From Candidatus Woesebacteria bacterium (GTDB lineage Bacteria; Patescibacteriota; Microgenomatia; UBA8517), in contig CP066686.1 in assembly GCA_016432365.1 (NCBI GenBank), forward strand, positions 346,906 through 410,905: a stretch of 64,000 bases of DNA. The letters are read 5' to 3'. The first letter of the stretch is position 1. Each line of letters starts with the position of its first letter. Made by a program: the position numbers and the translations under genes. Below the pieces are notes generated by a model. That model was not told where the DNA came from. It saw nothing but the letters and a program-made list of their open reading frames with translations, and made no database searches. Below, in pieces: positions 39,485 through 49,542 of this stretch.

Positions 39485-40156
39485 TCAGCTATTGCCTGAA
39501 TCCTCTAAAACGCCAACGCTTAAGTCTGTTCCGTCGTAATTAAAAATGAAAGTAATAGGTTTTTCTTTGTTGTTAACAATATAAAGGTTTTGACGGGAAC
39601 TGTTGGCAAAGGCTCCAGGCATAAAGCGGATGGAAACTCCATATTCCCTGGGAACATCGTTGATCTTAGCAAAGTCGTGTCTGGCAAGAGACACGGATGT
39701 AAGACCAGCATCCAAGGCAACCCAATGTATGAACGATGCTAAATGGCAGACACCGTCCCCAACTAAGTACCCGTCAGATTTAAAACCGTCATCTGAGTTA
39801 AAGTGGGCATTAGTGGTCTTGACCACGGTTTTGCTGTATTCAGGCAAAACTTGATCGTGAAAGGCAAAACCCTCTCCGGGTTTAAGGGTAAACTGGGTTT
39901 GAAACGGTTTTTCTACTTCTGGCCAGGAAATATCCTCTCTGTTCTTTACATCACCGTCCATATACCTGAGGGTTAAAAGAATGTTGTCCCTAAAGACCTC
40001 GTTTACCGAGGCTACGTTGTACCTATTTTCCATGGAATAGCTACGGGATGCCAACTCCACGCTGGAGGCTCCAGACACACGGGGGGTGTGCGGGTTAGAA
40101 ACTAAGGCCATAATTAGCAATAAGTCAGTAAACATAGGTAAAAAGACCCGAAGCAA
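39485..40156 (-). CDS. VanW-like domain protein (secreted)
   Basis: signal peptide and GDGVCHLASFIHWVALDAGL resembling the VanW GxGVCQ motif. Confidence 0.45.
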   Translation of the reverse strand: MLRVFLPMFTDLLLIMALVSNPHTPRVSGASSVELASRSYSMENRYNVASVNEVFRDNILLTLRYMDGDVKNREDISWPEVEKPFQTQFTLKPGEGFAFHDQVLPEYSKTVVKTTNAHFNSDDGFKSDGYLVGDGVCHLASFIHWVALDAGLTSVSLARHDFAKINDVPREYGVSIRFMPGAFANSSRQNLYIVNNKEKPITFIFNYDGTDLSVGVLEDSGNS

Positions 40157-40250
40157 GTTCAGGCGAGTGTGAATTCTATCATACTATGGGGCGGAAGTCA
40201 ACTTTAGTGGGGGAGCTTTACATCAGTCGAAGAATCGGCTAATCTGGAAT

Positions 40251-40907
40251 ATGACCAGAAAAAAGTTAACAAAAAAATTCAATTGGTTTAATTTTGCATT
40301 ATTTTTTCTAGCTTCAATTGCAGGTGTTTTTGTCCTCCAAAAATCAATTATAGGGACCACCTGTGCAAATACAGGAAGTTGTAAGGAAAGCTTGAGTCTC
40401 AAAGTTGAAAATGGAGCTGTCGGAAAATTTAACGGTCAAAAAGTAACACCTCCTCAAATAGATCTTGCGAAGAAGGAAACTCCAACCAAAGTTTTGGGTG
40501 AAGCGACTCTTACTGGAGAAAAACATATTTATGTTGATTTAACTACCCAAACCCTTTCGGCTTATCAGGGAGATACACTTTTCTTGCAAACCCTCATTTC
40601 TTCGGGCAAATCATTTCCGACGCCAACAGGTGAATTCACAATTTGGGAAATGTTGCGTGCCACGCGTATGTCCGGTGGATCAGGGGCTTTTGCATACGAT
40701 TTACCAAATGTTCCATATGTGATGTTTTATTCAGGCAGTGGAATTGCCGCGGCGCAGGGCTTTAGTCTTCATGGGACTTATTGGCACAACAACTTTGGCC
40801 ACCCCATGAGTCATGGCTGTGTAAACATGAGGACAATAGATGCAGAAAAGATTTTTTATTGGGCGGAGGTAGGAACTAAAATAACAGTATATGGACAAGC
40901 ACCTTAG
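40251..40907 (+). CDS. L,D-transpeptidase (YkuD domain)
   Basis: catalytic SHGCVNM motif, N-terminal TM anchor. Confidence 0.7.
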   Translation: MTRKKLTKKFNWFNFALFFLASIAGVFVLQKSIIGTTCANTGSCKESLSLKVENGAVGKFNGQKVTPPQIDLAKKETPTKVLGEATLTGEKHIYVDLTTQTLSAYQGDTLFLQTLISSGKSFPTPTGEFTIWEMLRATRMSGGSGAFAYDLPNVPYVMFYSGSGIAAAQGFSLHGTYWHNNFGHPMSHGCVNMRTIDAEKIFYWAEVGTKITVYGQAP

Positions 40908-41508
40908 TTTTTATATCACCGCTTTTATCTTCGCAGTTATTGGTATACTCCTTCTGGTCCAGTCTGGAAAAGGGAACAACCCCAAAGTGCCGGCATTCGT
41001 AGAAGCTGTACAACCAAGCTCGTCCCCTATGAGCTTATCAATTGAAGAAGCGCTTTCGCCGGATGGCAAAAAAATTTTGATGATGAAGCAACAAGCTAAA
41101 GACGGTGTGATTACTTATACATTTTCTGTTTTGACACCCGCTGATAATTCAAAAAAAATTGTGTTTACAAAGACGTTCGGGCCTGAGACCACACTTGTGA
41201 TTCCACGCAACACTTTTTCACCCGATAATAAGTATGCTTTGTTGGCAGAAAAGAGTGGCGAAAAATTTGCATATTTTGTTATCCCACTTTTTGATTCACC
41301 AAATTTTCAAGAACCTCTAAACCTTCCTGTCATTAACGACCACTTTTATACCAAGTATCAGGATTACAAAATTACGGATGTTACAGGTTGGGGTGGTATA
41401 GGTCTTGTAGTTGTAAATACGGACATGGCTGCAGGCGGAATTGGGCCATCTTTTTGGTTTGATGTTTCAAACTCGTCTTTTATTATGCTTTCGACACGCT
41501 TCAACTAA
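40891..41508 (+). CDS. hypothetical secreted/membrane-anchored protein
   Basis: N-terminal TM, no motif; overlaps the end of the Ldt gene. Confidence 0.35.
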   Translation: MDKHLSFYITAFIFAVIGILLLVQSGKGNNPKVPAFVEAVQPSSSPMSLSIEEALSPDGKKILMMKQQAKDGVITYTFSVLTPADNSKKIVFTKTFGPETTLVIPRNTFSPDNKYALLAEKSGEKFAYFVIPLFDSPNFQEPLNLPVINDHFYTKYQDYKITDVTGWGGIGLVVVNTDMAAGGIGPSFWFDVSNSSFIMLSTRFN

Positions 41509-41513
41509 CTGGT

Positions 41514-43082
41514 TCAATCAGTTCGGTAATGGCATCCGGCACTTTTGGTGTTTTCCCATGCAGCGTTTGCTATTAAGTTACCGACCAGTACTAAATTTCT
41601 AAGTCCGATTAATGATTCGTTTAGATTTTTTTGTTGATAAAAACTTTCAATTCTGTGAGTAAGATACGAAAGATCTGCTTTGGCTCTAGTTAAGCGTTCT
41701 TTATTTCTCACCAGGCCTACACAATTCCACATTATTTGTTTAATCAAATTTGTATCTTGATTAATAAGTGCAGGGTCGGGATCTTCTTTGCCTTGATCGA
41801 CCCATTGGGGAATTTGGGTTGGATTTGGAACTTGTGTTTTTTTTGTCCGGTTGATGTTGTGGGCAGCGATATATCCCCAGGTTAATCCTTCAAGAAGAGA
41901 AGTCGAGGCAAGTCGATTTGCACCATGAAGGCCGGTACAGGCAACTTCGCCTACGGCATATAAATTTTTTATGGTTGTAGCGCCATTCTCATCCACCCAA
42001 AGCCCACCGCAATGATAATGGGCGGCAGGAACAACAGGAACCAGATCGCGGGTTAAATCGATTCCGTATTTTAAACACTCTTTGTGGATATTGGGAAAGT
42101 GGGTCAAGATTCTTTCCTTCGAAATATAACTTTTTAGGTCCAGATAGACATTTGTTATTCCGCCTTCCAGCATTTCTGTATAAATCGCACGTGCTACAAC
42201 ATCCCGGGGGGCAAGGTCCTTCCACTGTTTACTGTATTTATCCATGAAAGGGACGCCATTTGAATTTGTTAGGCGAGCGCCATCTCCCCGTATGGCCTCG
42301 GTAAGCAAGAAACGCGGAGCATCTTTGTGGTAAAAAGCAGTAGGATGAAACTGAACATACTCCATATTGATTACGCGTGCGCCGGCCCTTTGGGCCATAG
42401 CAATTCCATCTCCACGAGCCCCATCCGGGTTTGTTGAATATAAGTAGACATTTCCAAGTCCGCCGGTTGCCAAGACCACATTTTTTGCAATGATTCTAAC
42501 GACCCTTTTATCTATTGGATCAAAGAAATAGGCTCCAAGACAGGCGACGGGGTCGTAAATTGCCAACTTGTTTGTAGAATTGTGTGATGAAGTAATTAGG
42601 TCGACAGCGGAAAGATTTGCGAGGAGTTTAATCTTTTTATTACTTTTGACTTTTTCTATTAAGGCACTTTCTATTGATTTACCGGTAGCGTCGGCTTGAT
42701 GGATTATTCTGGCAATGCCGTGTCCGCCTTCCTTTGCCAGTGAGAGGTCAAATCCTTCCCGGTCAAACGAAACGCCAATTCTGTCTATAAGAAATTTTTT
42801 GACCAGGGACGGTCCAACTTTCGTCAAAATATCAACCGCCTTTGGATTTGATAGATTTACCCCGGCATTGAAGATATCTTTTGCCAGGAGGGATGGGGAG
42901 TCGTCCTTGCCCTTATAAATAATTCCACCCTGAGCATAATAAGTATTTGATTCCTCAGGTTTTTTATTTTTGGTAATAAGAATAACCTTATGCCCTAAGT
43001 GTGCAAGTTCCAGGGCGCATGTAGCACCCGCAATTCCACTTCCGATAATGAGAGTATCAGTAGTAACTAATTCTTTTTGCAT
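41514..43082 (-). CDS. nadB: L-aspartate oxidase
   Basis: FAD-binding GSGIAG fingerprint, succinate dehydrogenase/fumarate reductase flavoprotein fold, 522 aa; lies in the nadC-nadA-nadB cluster. Confidence 0.85.
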   Translation of the reverse strand: MQKELVTTDTLIIGSGIAGATCALELAHLGHKVILITKNKKPEESNTYYAQGGIIYKGKDDSPSLLAKDIFNAGVNLSNPKAVDILTKVGPSLVKKFLIDRIGVSFDREGFDLSLAKEGGHGIARIIHQADATGKSIESALIEKVKSNKKIKLLANLSAVDLITSSHNSTNKLAIYDPVACLGAYFFDPIDKRVVRIIAKNVVLATGGLGNVYLYSTNPDGARGDGIAMAQRAGARVINMEYVQFHPTAFYHKDAPRFLLTEAIRGDGARLTNSNGVPFMDKYSKQWKDLAPRDVVARAIYTEMLEGGITNVYLDLKSYISKERILTHFPNIHKECLKYGIDLTRDLVPVVPAAHYHCGGLWVDENGATTIKNLYAVGEVACTGLHGANRLASTSLLEGLTWGYIAAHNINRTKKTQVPNPTQIPQWVDQGKEDPDPALINQDTNLIKQIMWNCVGLVRNKERLTRAKADLSYLTHRIESFYQQKNLNESLIGLRNLVLVGNLIANAAWENTKSAGCHYRTD

Positions 43083-43083
43083 T

Positions 43084-44175
43084 TTAACTAATTGTCATCA
43101 TTCGTCTGACCGCAACTTCTGCAGGGCGTCTAATTTCTTCGGGGATCGTTACTTCATACTGATCAAATCTGAGGGCATCGAGAGTTTGTTCTAATGTAAT
43201 TGTGTGCATAAACTTACATCGTATATTGCACATTCTAACTAAGTTTTCGTTAAGTTCCGGGTGAGTGGCAACTATATTGTCAGCCATGGAACATTCTGTA
43301 AGAAGTGCAATTTTTTTATCTGCTCCGTTTTCCGTAACCCATTTTGTCATTGCAGAAGTACTTCCGGAAAAATCCGATTTTGCGATTACACCCGGCGGAC
43401 ATTCCGGATGGGCCAAGATGACTGCTCCCGGATAATCTTTTCTTATGTCATCGACAAGTTGGGGAGTGTATTGTTCGTGAACATAACAGCGGGCATCCCA
43501 TCCGATTATTGTCGGTTTTTGGGTAACTTCTGCTTCACTTTTGACAGAATCTTTTGTCGGGAAATATAAATCCATTTTTAGATCATTCGCAACATTGCCG
43601 GCCATATATTTGTCCGGAAGAAATATAACTGATGGTACGTTGAAATACTTTTTAGCCCAAGCAATTACCTGGTTAACATTTCCTGAAGTACAACATACAT
43701 CAGTCAAAGCTTTAACGTCGGCAGTTGTATTGATGTAACTTACTATTGGGAGATTGGGATATTTTTCGCGGAGCCAAACAAGATTTTCCGGTTTAATTCC
43801 TTCCGCCAGAGAACAACCGGCATCAAGTGATGGAATTAAAACTTTTTTGCTTGGATTTAAAATCTTGGCAGTTTCAGCCATAAAATGAACACCGCAAAAA
43901 ACGATCGTATCTGCATCTGTTTCCGCTGCACGTTTAGAAAGTTCCAGCGAGTCCCCTCTAAAATCAGGAACTGTGTGGAAGAGAACCGGCTCCATATAAT
44001 TATGTCCCAAAATCACGGCATTTTTCTGACGTTTCAATTCCATGATTTGACTAACCAGGTCTGCTTTATATTTAAGTTCGAAATCTGGCACCACGCTTTC
44101 CGGAATTGATCTTCTGAGATCGACTCTTAATCTTTCGTAAACTTCACTTGATGATTCTTGTCGTTCTGTTTTCAT
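43084..44175 (-). CDS. nadA: Quinolinate synthase
   Basis: three-repeat NadA architecture with conserved Cys ligands; 363 aa; operon context. Confidence 0.8.
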   Translation of the reverse strand: MKTERQESSSEVYERLRVDLRRSIPESVVPDFELKYKADLVSQIMELKRQKNAVILGHNYMEPVLFHTVPDFRGDSLELSKRAAETDADTIVFCGVHFMAETAKILNPSKKVLIPSLDAGCSLAEGIKPENLVWLREKYPNLPIVSYINTTADVKALTDVCCTSGNVNQVIAWAKKYFNVPSVIFLPDKYMAGNVANDLKMDLYFPTKDSVKSEAEVTQKPTIIGWDARCYVHEQYTPQLVDDIRKDYPGAVILAHPECPPGVIAKSDFSGSTSAMTKWVTENGADKKIALLTECSMADNIVATHPELNENLVRMCNIRCKFMHTITLEQTLDALRFDQYEVTIPEEIRRPAEVAVRRMMTIS

Positions 44176-45065
44176 TATATTTCTAAACTAACATCCATCG
44201 CTTTTACCGAATGGGTGAGGGCACCTACTGAAATGTGAGTTACACCCGTTGCTGCAATACTTCTTACTGTTTGGAGATTGACGTTTCCGGAAGCTTCGAG
44301 TGGAACACGGCCGTTGGTAATACTAACGGCCTCACGCATTTTTTCTAAACTCATGTTGTCAAGTAAAATTCTATTGACAGGGAACTTTAAAGCTTCGGTT
44401 AGCTCTTCAATATTTTTTACTTCCACCTCGACGGGGAGGTTTAAAGAGTTTGCTGTAAGAACTTTTTCCAAGGTTGCGCCGATAGTTCCCACCGCCGCAA
44501 TGTGGTTGTCTTTAATGAGAATTGCGTCACTTAAGTTATAACGGTGATTTTGTCCGCCTCCCGCTTTAACCGCTATTCTGTCCATCAGTCTTAAACCGGG
44601 GGCGGTTTTTCTGGTATCCAGAATTATTGTTTCGTACGGCTCAACGGCCTTTACAAATTGATGTGTTAGGGTTGCAATTCCGCTCATTCGTTGAAGAAAA
44701 TTCAAAGCAACTCTTTCGGCGGTTAATATACTTCTGGTTTTCCCAAAAATTGTAGCGGGAATGTCACCTTTTTTTACTTCTGTGCCATCTGGAATTATAT
44801 GTTCAAATTGAATATCCGGATCAAAAGTTTCAAATGTAATTCTTGCGATATTTAGCCCGGCGATAACACCCTCGCTTTTTACCAGAAGTTCTGCGGTTGA
44901 CCTTGCTTCCTCGGGGATAGAGAGATTGGTGGTCACGTCTCCGTTAATGCCAACATCTTCCGCAAGCGCCCCTTTTACTATTTGAACAATTTTTTCGTTC
45001 TCGATCATATGTGTATAAATTACACTTTCTAAAATGAGTGTATTCCTTACACTAACTATTGTCAA
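44175..45065 (-). CDS. nadC: Nicotinate-nucleotide pyrophosphorylase (carboxylating)
   Basis: TRKTAPGLR motif and QPRTase fold length. Confidence 0.85.
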   Translation of the reverse strand: MTIVSVRNTLILESVIYTHMIENEKIVQIVKGALAEDVGINGDVTTNLSIPEEARSTAELLVKSEGVIAGLNIARITFETFDPDIQFEHIIPDGTEVKKGDIPATIFGKTRSILTAERVALNFLQRMSGIATLTHQFVKAVEPYETIILDTRKTAPGLRLMDRIAVKAGGGQNHRYNLSDAILIKDNHIAAVGTIGATLEKVLTANSLNLPVEVEVKNIEELTEALKFPVNRILLDNMSLEKMREAVSITNGRVPLEASGNVNLQTVRSIAATGVTHISVGALTHSVKAMDVSLEI

Positions 45066-45079
45066 GTATCAGTTAAAAG

Positions 45080-46297
45080 ATGGTACAATCATCAATTAGA
45101 ATGGCAAAAGAAAGCGCTGAAATAAAAGTCGACGACAGACTAAAGTATCTGAGTTTCGGCAAAGATGCTTATTATAATGAGTTTACCTACCAACCGGACG
45201 AGACTCCTGATATCCGACTCGATATATTTCTCAAAGACCCGGCCAGAGTAAAAGAGCGGGGAAAGATGCTGGACAACATTGACACCCTAGATAGACGACT
45301 TGGGGATCCCGAAACTTTAAAGCTAACAGGTGAGGAATCTTTTGACAAGCAGTTAATTAAAACAGTTAAACAAGTTGCTGTTAGTTCCGGAGCTTCACCC
45401 GATTTCATTAATAGTCTTGATAAGCCGGGAATGTTATTTGCTCATCAAAAAGAAATCGGCGATTCGGGAGTTGCCCTCTTCCAACAAATTGAGGAAGTAG
45501 TTGGACCTGGCCGGATTTTATCTTCCAGACAAGTAATCTTGATGGAATTCGCCGATCGAACACACGACACATTTAAGCTCCTGGGGAGCATGAATGCCCA
45601 AATAGACCCTGATCATGAGGTTGTTTATAGAAAAATCATGGGCAAACATCTGGAAGGCAAGGCTTTTATTCCTACCAAAGGGGATCCGATTGTTTTTACC
45701 GCCGAGGACGTAAAATTTATTACGTCAGTTGTCGGTTTTCATGAAGATATTTGGCGAGAGGAAAGTTTTGCAAAACAGGCAAACTTTCTTAAACAGTCAA
45801 ATGATGTTAATAGTCCTGAAGTTGCGGTGGCCAGAGCCCGCACTGTCTTACATGTCATAGATATTTTCGGGAACGCCGTTAGGTTTGAGAGTGGCGTTCT
45901 TAAAATTGTAAATGCAGAAGCATTTCAAGCAAGGTTTGTTGACTTATTTACGCGCCACATAAGCTTGCCATTAGTAACAAATGGAGACACTACATTAATT
46001 GATTGGTCCCGCGGAAAAGTATTTCGACCATCATGGGGTCTTCATGGGGTGGCTGGATTAACATGGACGTTTGGGATACTTAAAGATGAGTGGGGAATTG
46101 ACGTTGATCCGAATCTGAACCTATCAGTTCAGAATGGAATTCTTGGAGTACTAAAGGAGGCAGAGAGGGCGATAACAGAAACACAGGCGGGAACTTCAAA
46201 ATATCGGTCGACTAATGATCCCGAACTTTCGGCAAAACTTACAGTTATTCAGAATACCATAACCAAGTTGGAAGATGAAATTAAAAAGGGAAAGTGA
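45080..46297 (+). CDS. hypothetical protein (405 aa)
   Basis: ORF with typical composition, divergent from nadC; no motif. Confidence 0.4.
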   Translation: MVQSSIRMAKESAEIKVDDRLKYLSFGKDAYYNEFTYQPDETPDIRLDIFLKDPARVKERGKMLDNIDTLDRRLGDPETLKLTGEESFDKQLIKTVKQVAVSSGASPDFINSLDKPGMLFAHQKEIGDSGVALFQQIEEVVGPGRILSSRQVILMEFADRTHDTFKLLGSMNAQIDPDHEVVYRKIMGKHLEGKAFIPTKGDPIVFTAEDVKFITSVVGFHEDIWREESFAKQANFLKQSNDVNSPEVAVARARTVLHVIDIFGNAVRFESGVLKIVNAEAFQARFVDLFTRHISLPLVTNGDTTLIDWSRGKVFRPSWGLHGVAGLTWTFGILKDEWGIDVDPNLNLSVQNGILGVLKEAERAITETQAGTSKYRSTNDPELSAKLTVIQNTITKLEDEIKKGK

Positions 46298-46530
46298 TTT
46301 GACTTTAGCCTTACTCAGCCATTCCCCATGTGATACGAGACCATACTTGCTCGCACCGAAATAAAAATTATAGGTCGTGGGATCTATTATATTTGGTTAA
46401 TTCTGGTAAAATACTCGTAGCGCCCCGTTCTCACCCCACGAAATTCTCTTAGAATTTCGAGAGGAGGAATAGTCAAGCGGTAGGGTTTAAGCGCTAGTGG
46501 TAAACCCAAAAGCGAAACTTATTCCGACGA

Positions 46531-46550
46531 GGCCCCATCGTCTTAGCGGA
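46531..46550. repeat. partial duplicate of the tRNA-Glu 5' end (GGCCCCATCGTCTTAGCGG)
   Basis: first 13 nt identical to the tRNA at 46595, then diverges; does not fold as a tRNA. Confidence 0.4.
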
Positions 46551-46594
46551 GCAAATGCGACGCGGACGATTGCGTAGCATGCCAATTCAGAATT

Positions 46595-46667
46595 GGCCCC
46601 ATCGTCTAGCGGTCTAGGACACTAGATTCTCATTCTAGTAACTTGGGTTCGAGTCCCAATGGGGTCA
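46595..46667 (+). tRNA. tRNA-Glu (anticodon CUC)
   Basis: hand-folded cloverleaf: acceptor GGCCCCA/UGGGGUC, D-stem GUCU/GGAC, anticodon stem CUAGA/UCUAG with loop UUCUCAU, T-arm UUGGG-UUCGAGU-CCCAA, discriminator A. Confidence 0.8.
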
Positions 46668-46707
46668 CCCACTTCGTTCGTTTCCCATTGTGTCTCGATA
46701 GTGCTGT

Positions 46708-49260
46708 TTGGGGCTTCGCATTTTGCACACGAGTCCCAATGGGGTTACAGGTGGGATAATTTGGTATACTTTATGCGTGACTCAAAAGGGCCTCACAACA
46801 GCAAAAGCGAATAGGTTATTGGCCCAATATGGAACAAATGAGATTAAAGAAAAGCCAAAAGCCACTTTGTTTCAGGTTTTTCTGTCACAATTTACAAGTC
46901 TTCTTGTAGTTCTTTTAATCTTAGCTTCAATAGGATCAATTTTTTTGGGTGACTTATTGGATGGTGTATTTATCCTGTTAATAGTAATCATTAATGGCAT
47001 TCTTGGTTTTATCCAAGAATACAAAGCCGAAAAAGCCATAAAAGCTTTAAAGAACATGACTGTTTCCCAAGTACGGGTAATTCGTGACGGAGTTGAACAG
47101 ATGATCGACTCTAAATTCATTGTAAAAGGAGACATAGTTAACCTTAATGAGGGGGACAAGATACCGGCTGATTGCGTAATAATTGAGGGTCTCCATTTCG
47201 AGGCGAACGAAGCATCGCTTACAGGTGAGTCATTCCCTGTCGGAAAAAATATTCATGACAATATATTCCTAGGTACAATTGTTTCCAAAGGTAGGTGTAT
47301 TGCCGTTGTCGAAAAAACCGGTATGAATACACGTTTTGGAAAAATTGCATATACCTTGTCTGAGATTGAGGATAACGAGACCCCGCTTCAAAAAAAACTA
47401 ACACTTCTTGGAAAACAACTGGGAATTCTGGCAATCGGATCCAGTTTAGTTGTATTTATAATCGGTTATTTTAAGAATAACGGATTAATTGAAATGATTT
47501 TAACCAGCGTTAGCTTGGCGGTTGCGGCGGTTCCTGAAGGCTTACCCGCGGTTATAACAATAACACTCGCCCTTGGAATGGAAAGAATGGCCAAAAAACG
47601 TGCTATTCTCCGAAAATTATCTTCGATTGAAGCTCTTGGTGGGGTCACTGTAATAGCTACTGATAAAACTGGTACGTTGACTAAAAACGAAATGCACGTA
47701 ACTAAACATTGGTTGAACAGTGATGTAAAACTTTCACAAATTATAACTGCAGGAATAGTTTGCAACAATTCAAGTCTGGTCTACAAACAAGATAGTGAAA
47801 CCTATGATGTTTTGGGTGATACGACAGAAGGAGCACTTCTTGTTTTTGCAAACTCAAACAAATTTGATATCGAAAAAACTAAAGGTAGTTACGAACTCCT
47901 GGAAGAGTTCGCATTCGACCCAACCTTAAAACTAATGTCCGTGGTTACAAATAAAGATGGTATCAAAAATATCTATTCAAAAGGGGCTCCCGAATCAATA
48001 CTTTCAAGGTGTGTCGGTATGGACAGTAAAAAACTTATAAAGTTGGAAATGATATTTGAAGAATATGCAAAACAGGGTTTGCGTGTTCTTGCTCTTGCGC
48101 AAAAGAAAGTGAAGACGATACCCAAAAAAAGAGAAGACGCAGAAAAAGATCTAAATTTGTTGGGGTTTGTTGGAATTTCTGACCCACCACGTTTGGAGGT
48201 CAAAGAGGCAATTAAAATTGCCGAGGTTGCAGGTATAAAAACGATAATGATAACGGGGGACAATGAACTTACCGCAAAAACAATTGCTATCCAAATCGGA
48301 CTAATTAAGAAGAATGAAGAAATTGTAACAGGTTTACAGTTTGCCAAAATGACCGACGATGAAGTGTTGGCCAGAATTGATAACATTAGAATTTTTGCGC
48401 GAACATCCCCTGACCAGAAACTCAGGATTGTTGAACTTCTTCAGCAAAAGGGGCATGTTGTTGCCGTTACGGGGGACGGAGTAAATGATGCATTGGCAAT
48501 TAAGCAAAGCGATGTTGGGGTAGCAATGGGGATAACGGGGACAGATGTGGCCAAGGAGGCTAGTGATATGATTATTACAGACGACAATTATGCGTCACTT
48601 GTGACAGCGGTTGAAGAGGGCCGTACCATATTCGATAATATTAAAAGCGCAATTAAATATTTAGTAGGCTGCAACTTTGGTGAAGTAGCCGCGGTTCTTC
48701 TGGGCATGCTTTTTGGTTGGCCTTTAATTCTCACACCACTCCAACTTCTTTATGTAAACTTGGTTACAGACGGTTTGCCTGCCATTGCGCTTGCAGCAAC
48801 TCCCAAACACGAAGGAATAATGAAACGCAACCCTCGAACAAATAAAAACATCTTTTTGGGAATTGATTTTGCTTGGTTCCTTGAAGTTGGTGTGTTAACA
48901 GCAGGTACAACTTTGACTGCCTTCTGGATTGGAATGAAGTCTGGAAACATTGAAATTGCACGAGCAATGGCCTTCACCACTCTCATACTCGTACAGCATT
49001 TCATACTCCTGGACATTCGGGTAAGAACTAGATCTTTTTTTAAAGTCAACTTGTTTAAAGATAAATTTTTCGTTTTTGCCTTTACAGCCCCGTTATTATT
49101 ACAAATATTAATTCTTTATATCCCTTATTTGGAGGGTATATTTAAAATTCAGACAATTTCTTTTATACAACTATTTGGTATTGTGGGCATTTCTTCTATA
49201 CTTTTATTTTCGTCTGAAATCAGAAAACTTTTGTTTAGGAGTTTTCGAGAAGCTAATTAG
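46708..49260 (+). CDS. P-type cation-transporting ATPase (P2-type, Ca2+/Mg2+-ATPase-like); true start is probably the GTG/TTG about 46770
   Basis: N-terminal cation-ATPase-N motif (GLTTAKANRLLAQYGTNE), phosphorylation site DKTGTLT, hinge GDGVNDALAIK, ten TM helices. Confidence 0.9.
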   Translation: MGLRILHTSPNGVTGGIIWYTLCVTQKGLTTAKANRLLAQYGTNEIKEKPKATLFQVFLSQFTSLLVVLLILASIGSIFLGDLLDGVFILLIVIINGILGFIQEYKAEKAIKALKNMTVSQVRVIRDGVEQMIDSKFIVKGDIVNLNEGDKIPADCVIIEGLHFEANEASLTGESFPVGKNIHDNIFLGTIVSKGRCIAVVEKTGMNTRFGKIAYTLSEIEDNETPLQKKLTLLGKQLGILAIGSSLVVFIIGYFKNNGLIEMILTSVSLAVAAVPEGLPAVITITLALGMERMAKKRAILRKLSSIEALGGVTVIATDKTGTLTKNEMHVTKHWLNSDVKLSQIITAGIVCNNSSLVYKQDSETYDVLGDTTEGALLVFANSNKFDIEKTKGSYELLEEFAFDPTLKLMSVVTNKDGIKNIYSKGAPESILSRCVGMDSKKLIKLEMIFEEYAKQGLRVLALAQKKVKTIPKKREDAEKDLNLLGFVGISDPPRLEVKEAIKIAEVAGIKTIMITGDNELTAKTIAIQIGLIKKNEEIVTGLQFAKMTDDEVLARIDNIRIFARTSPDQKLRIVELLQQKGHVVAVTGDGVNDALAIKQSDVGVAMGITGTDVAKEASDMIITDDNYASLVTAVEEGRTIFDNIKSAIKYLVGCNFGEVAAVLLGMLFGWPLILTPLQLLYVNLVTDGLPAIALAATPKHEGIMKRNPRTNKNIFLGIDFAWFLEVGVLTAGTTLTAFWIGMKSGNIEIARAMAFTTLILVQHFILLDIRVRTRSFFKVNLFKDKFFVFAFTAPLLLQILILYIPYLEGIFKIQTISFIQLFGIVGISSILLFSSEIRKLLFRSFREAN
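46730..46748. repeat. partial duplicate of the tRNA-Glu 3' end (CGAGTCCCAATGGGGT)
   Basis: 16-nt identity to the tRNA T-arm/acceptor about 60 nt downstream of the tRNA; lies in the predicted 5' extension of the ATPase ORF. Confidence 0.4.
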
Positions 49261-49289
49261 GGGGGGTGCCTTGATGTTATCCCATAATC

Positions 49290-49318
49290 TTGACATTTGG
49301 GGGTATGTCGTGTATACT
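49290..49318 (+). promoter_or_regulatory. consensus sigma70 promoter P1 (TTGACA-17-TATACT)
   Basis: read directly from the sequence. Confidence 0.5.
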
Positions 49319-49368
49319 ACTCTTCCTATCCGTTAAGAGTCGTATATGGTTTGATGTAGATGGAAGTA

Positions 49369-49397
49369 TTGACACGACTTTCCTGGGGTTATACAAT
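49369..49397 (+). promoter_or_regulatory. consensus sigma70 promoter P2 (TTGACA-17-TACAAT)
   Basis: read directly from the sequence. Confidence 0.5.
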
Positions 49398-49503
49398 CAC
49401 CCTCATCAGCCTTAATATTATGAAATTAAGTCCCTCTATTTATAATTTTAATACCCTTATTATTAAGGGTAATTAATTTTGGGGAGACATTAATTATTAA
49501 GGT

Positions 49504-49530
49504 CCCTCCATAAAATAGGAGGGATTTTTT
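49504..49530 (+). terminator. intrinsic terminator-like hairpin (CCCTCC-ATAAAAT-AGGAGGG) plus T6, 12 nt upstream of the greA ATG
   Basis: read directly; it sits between the two promoters and greA. Confidence 0.5.
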
Positions 49531-49542
49531 AGTATAAAGAAT

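Noticed and set aside
46460-46530. Possible additional tRNA (TCAAGCGGTAG D-loop-like segment within the GGAATA...TATTCC hairpin)
   Set aside because: I could not fold it into a canonical cloverleaf with an anticodon arm. It is kept only as part of the structured-RNA finding.
46708-46773. Annotated 5' extension of the P-type ATPase ORF (MGLRILHTSPNGVTGG...)
   Set aside because: It overlaps the duplicated tRNA-Glu 3'-end repeat. It also precedes the conserved cation-ATPase N-terminal motif, so the real start is more likely the in-frame GTG/TTG near 46770.
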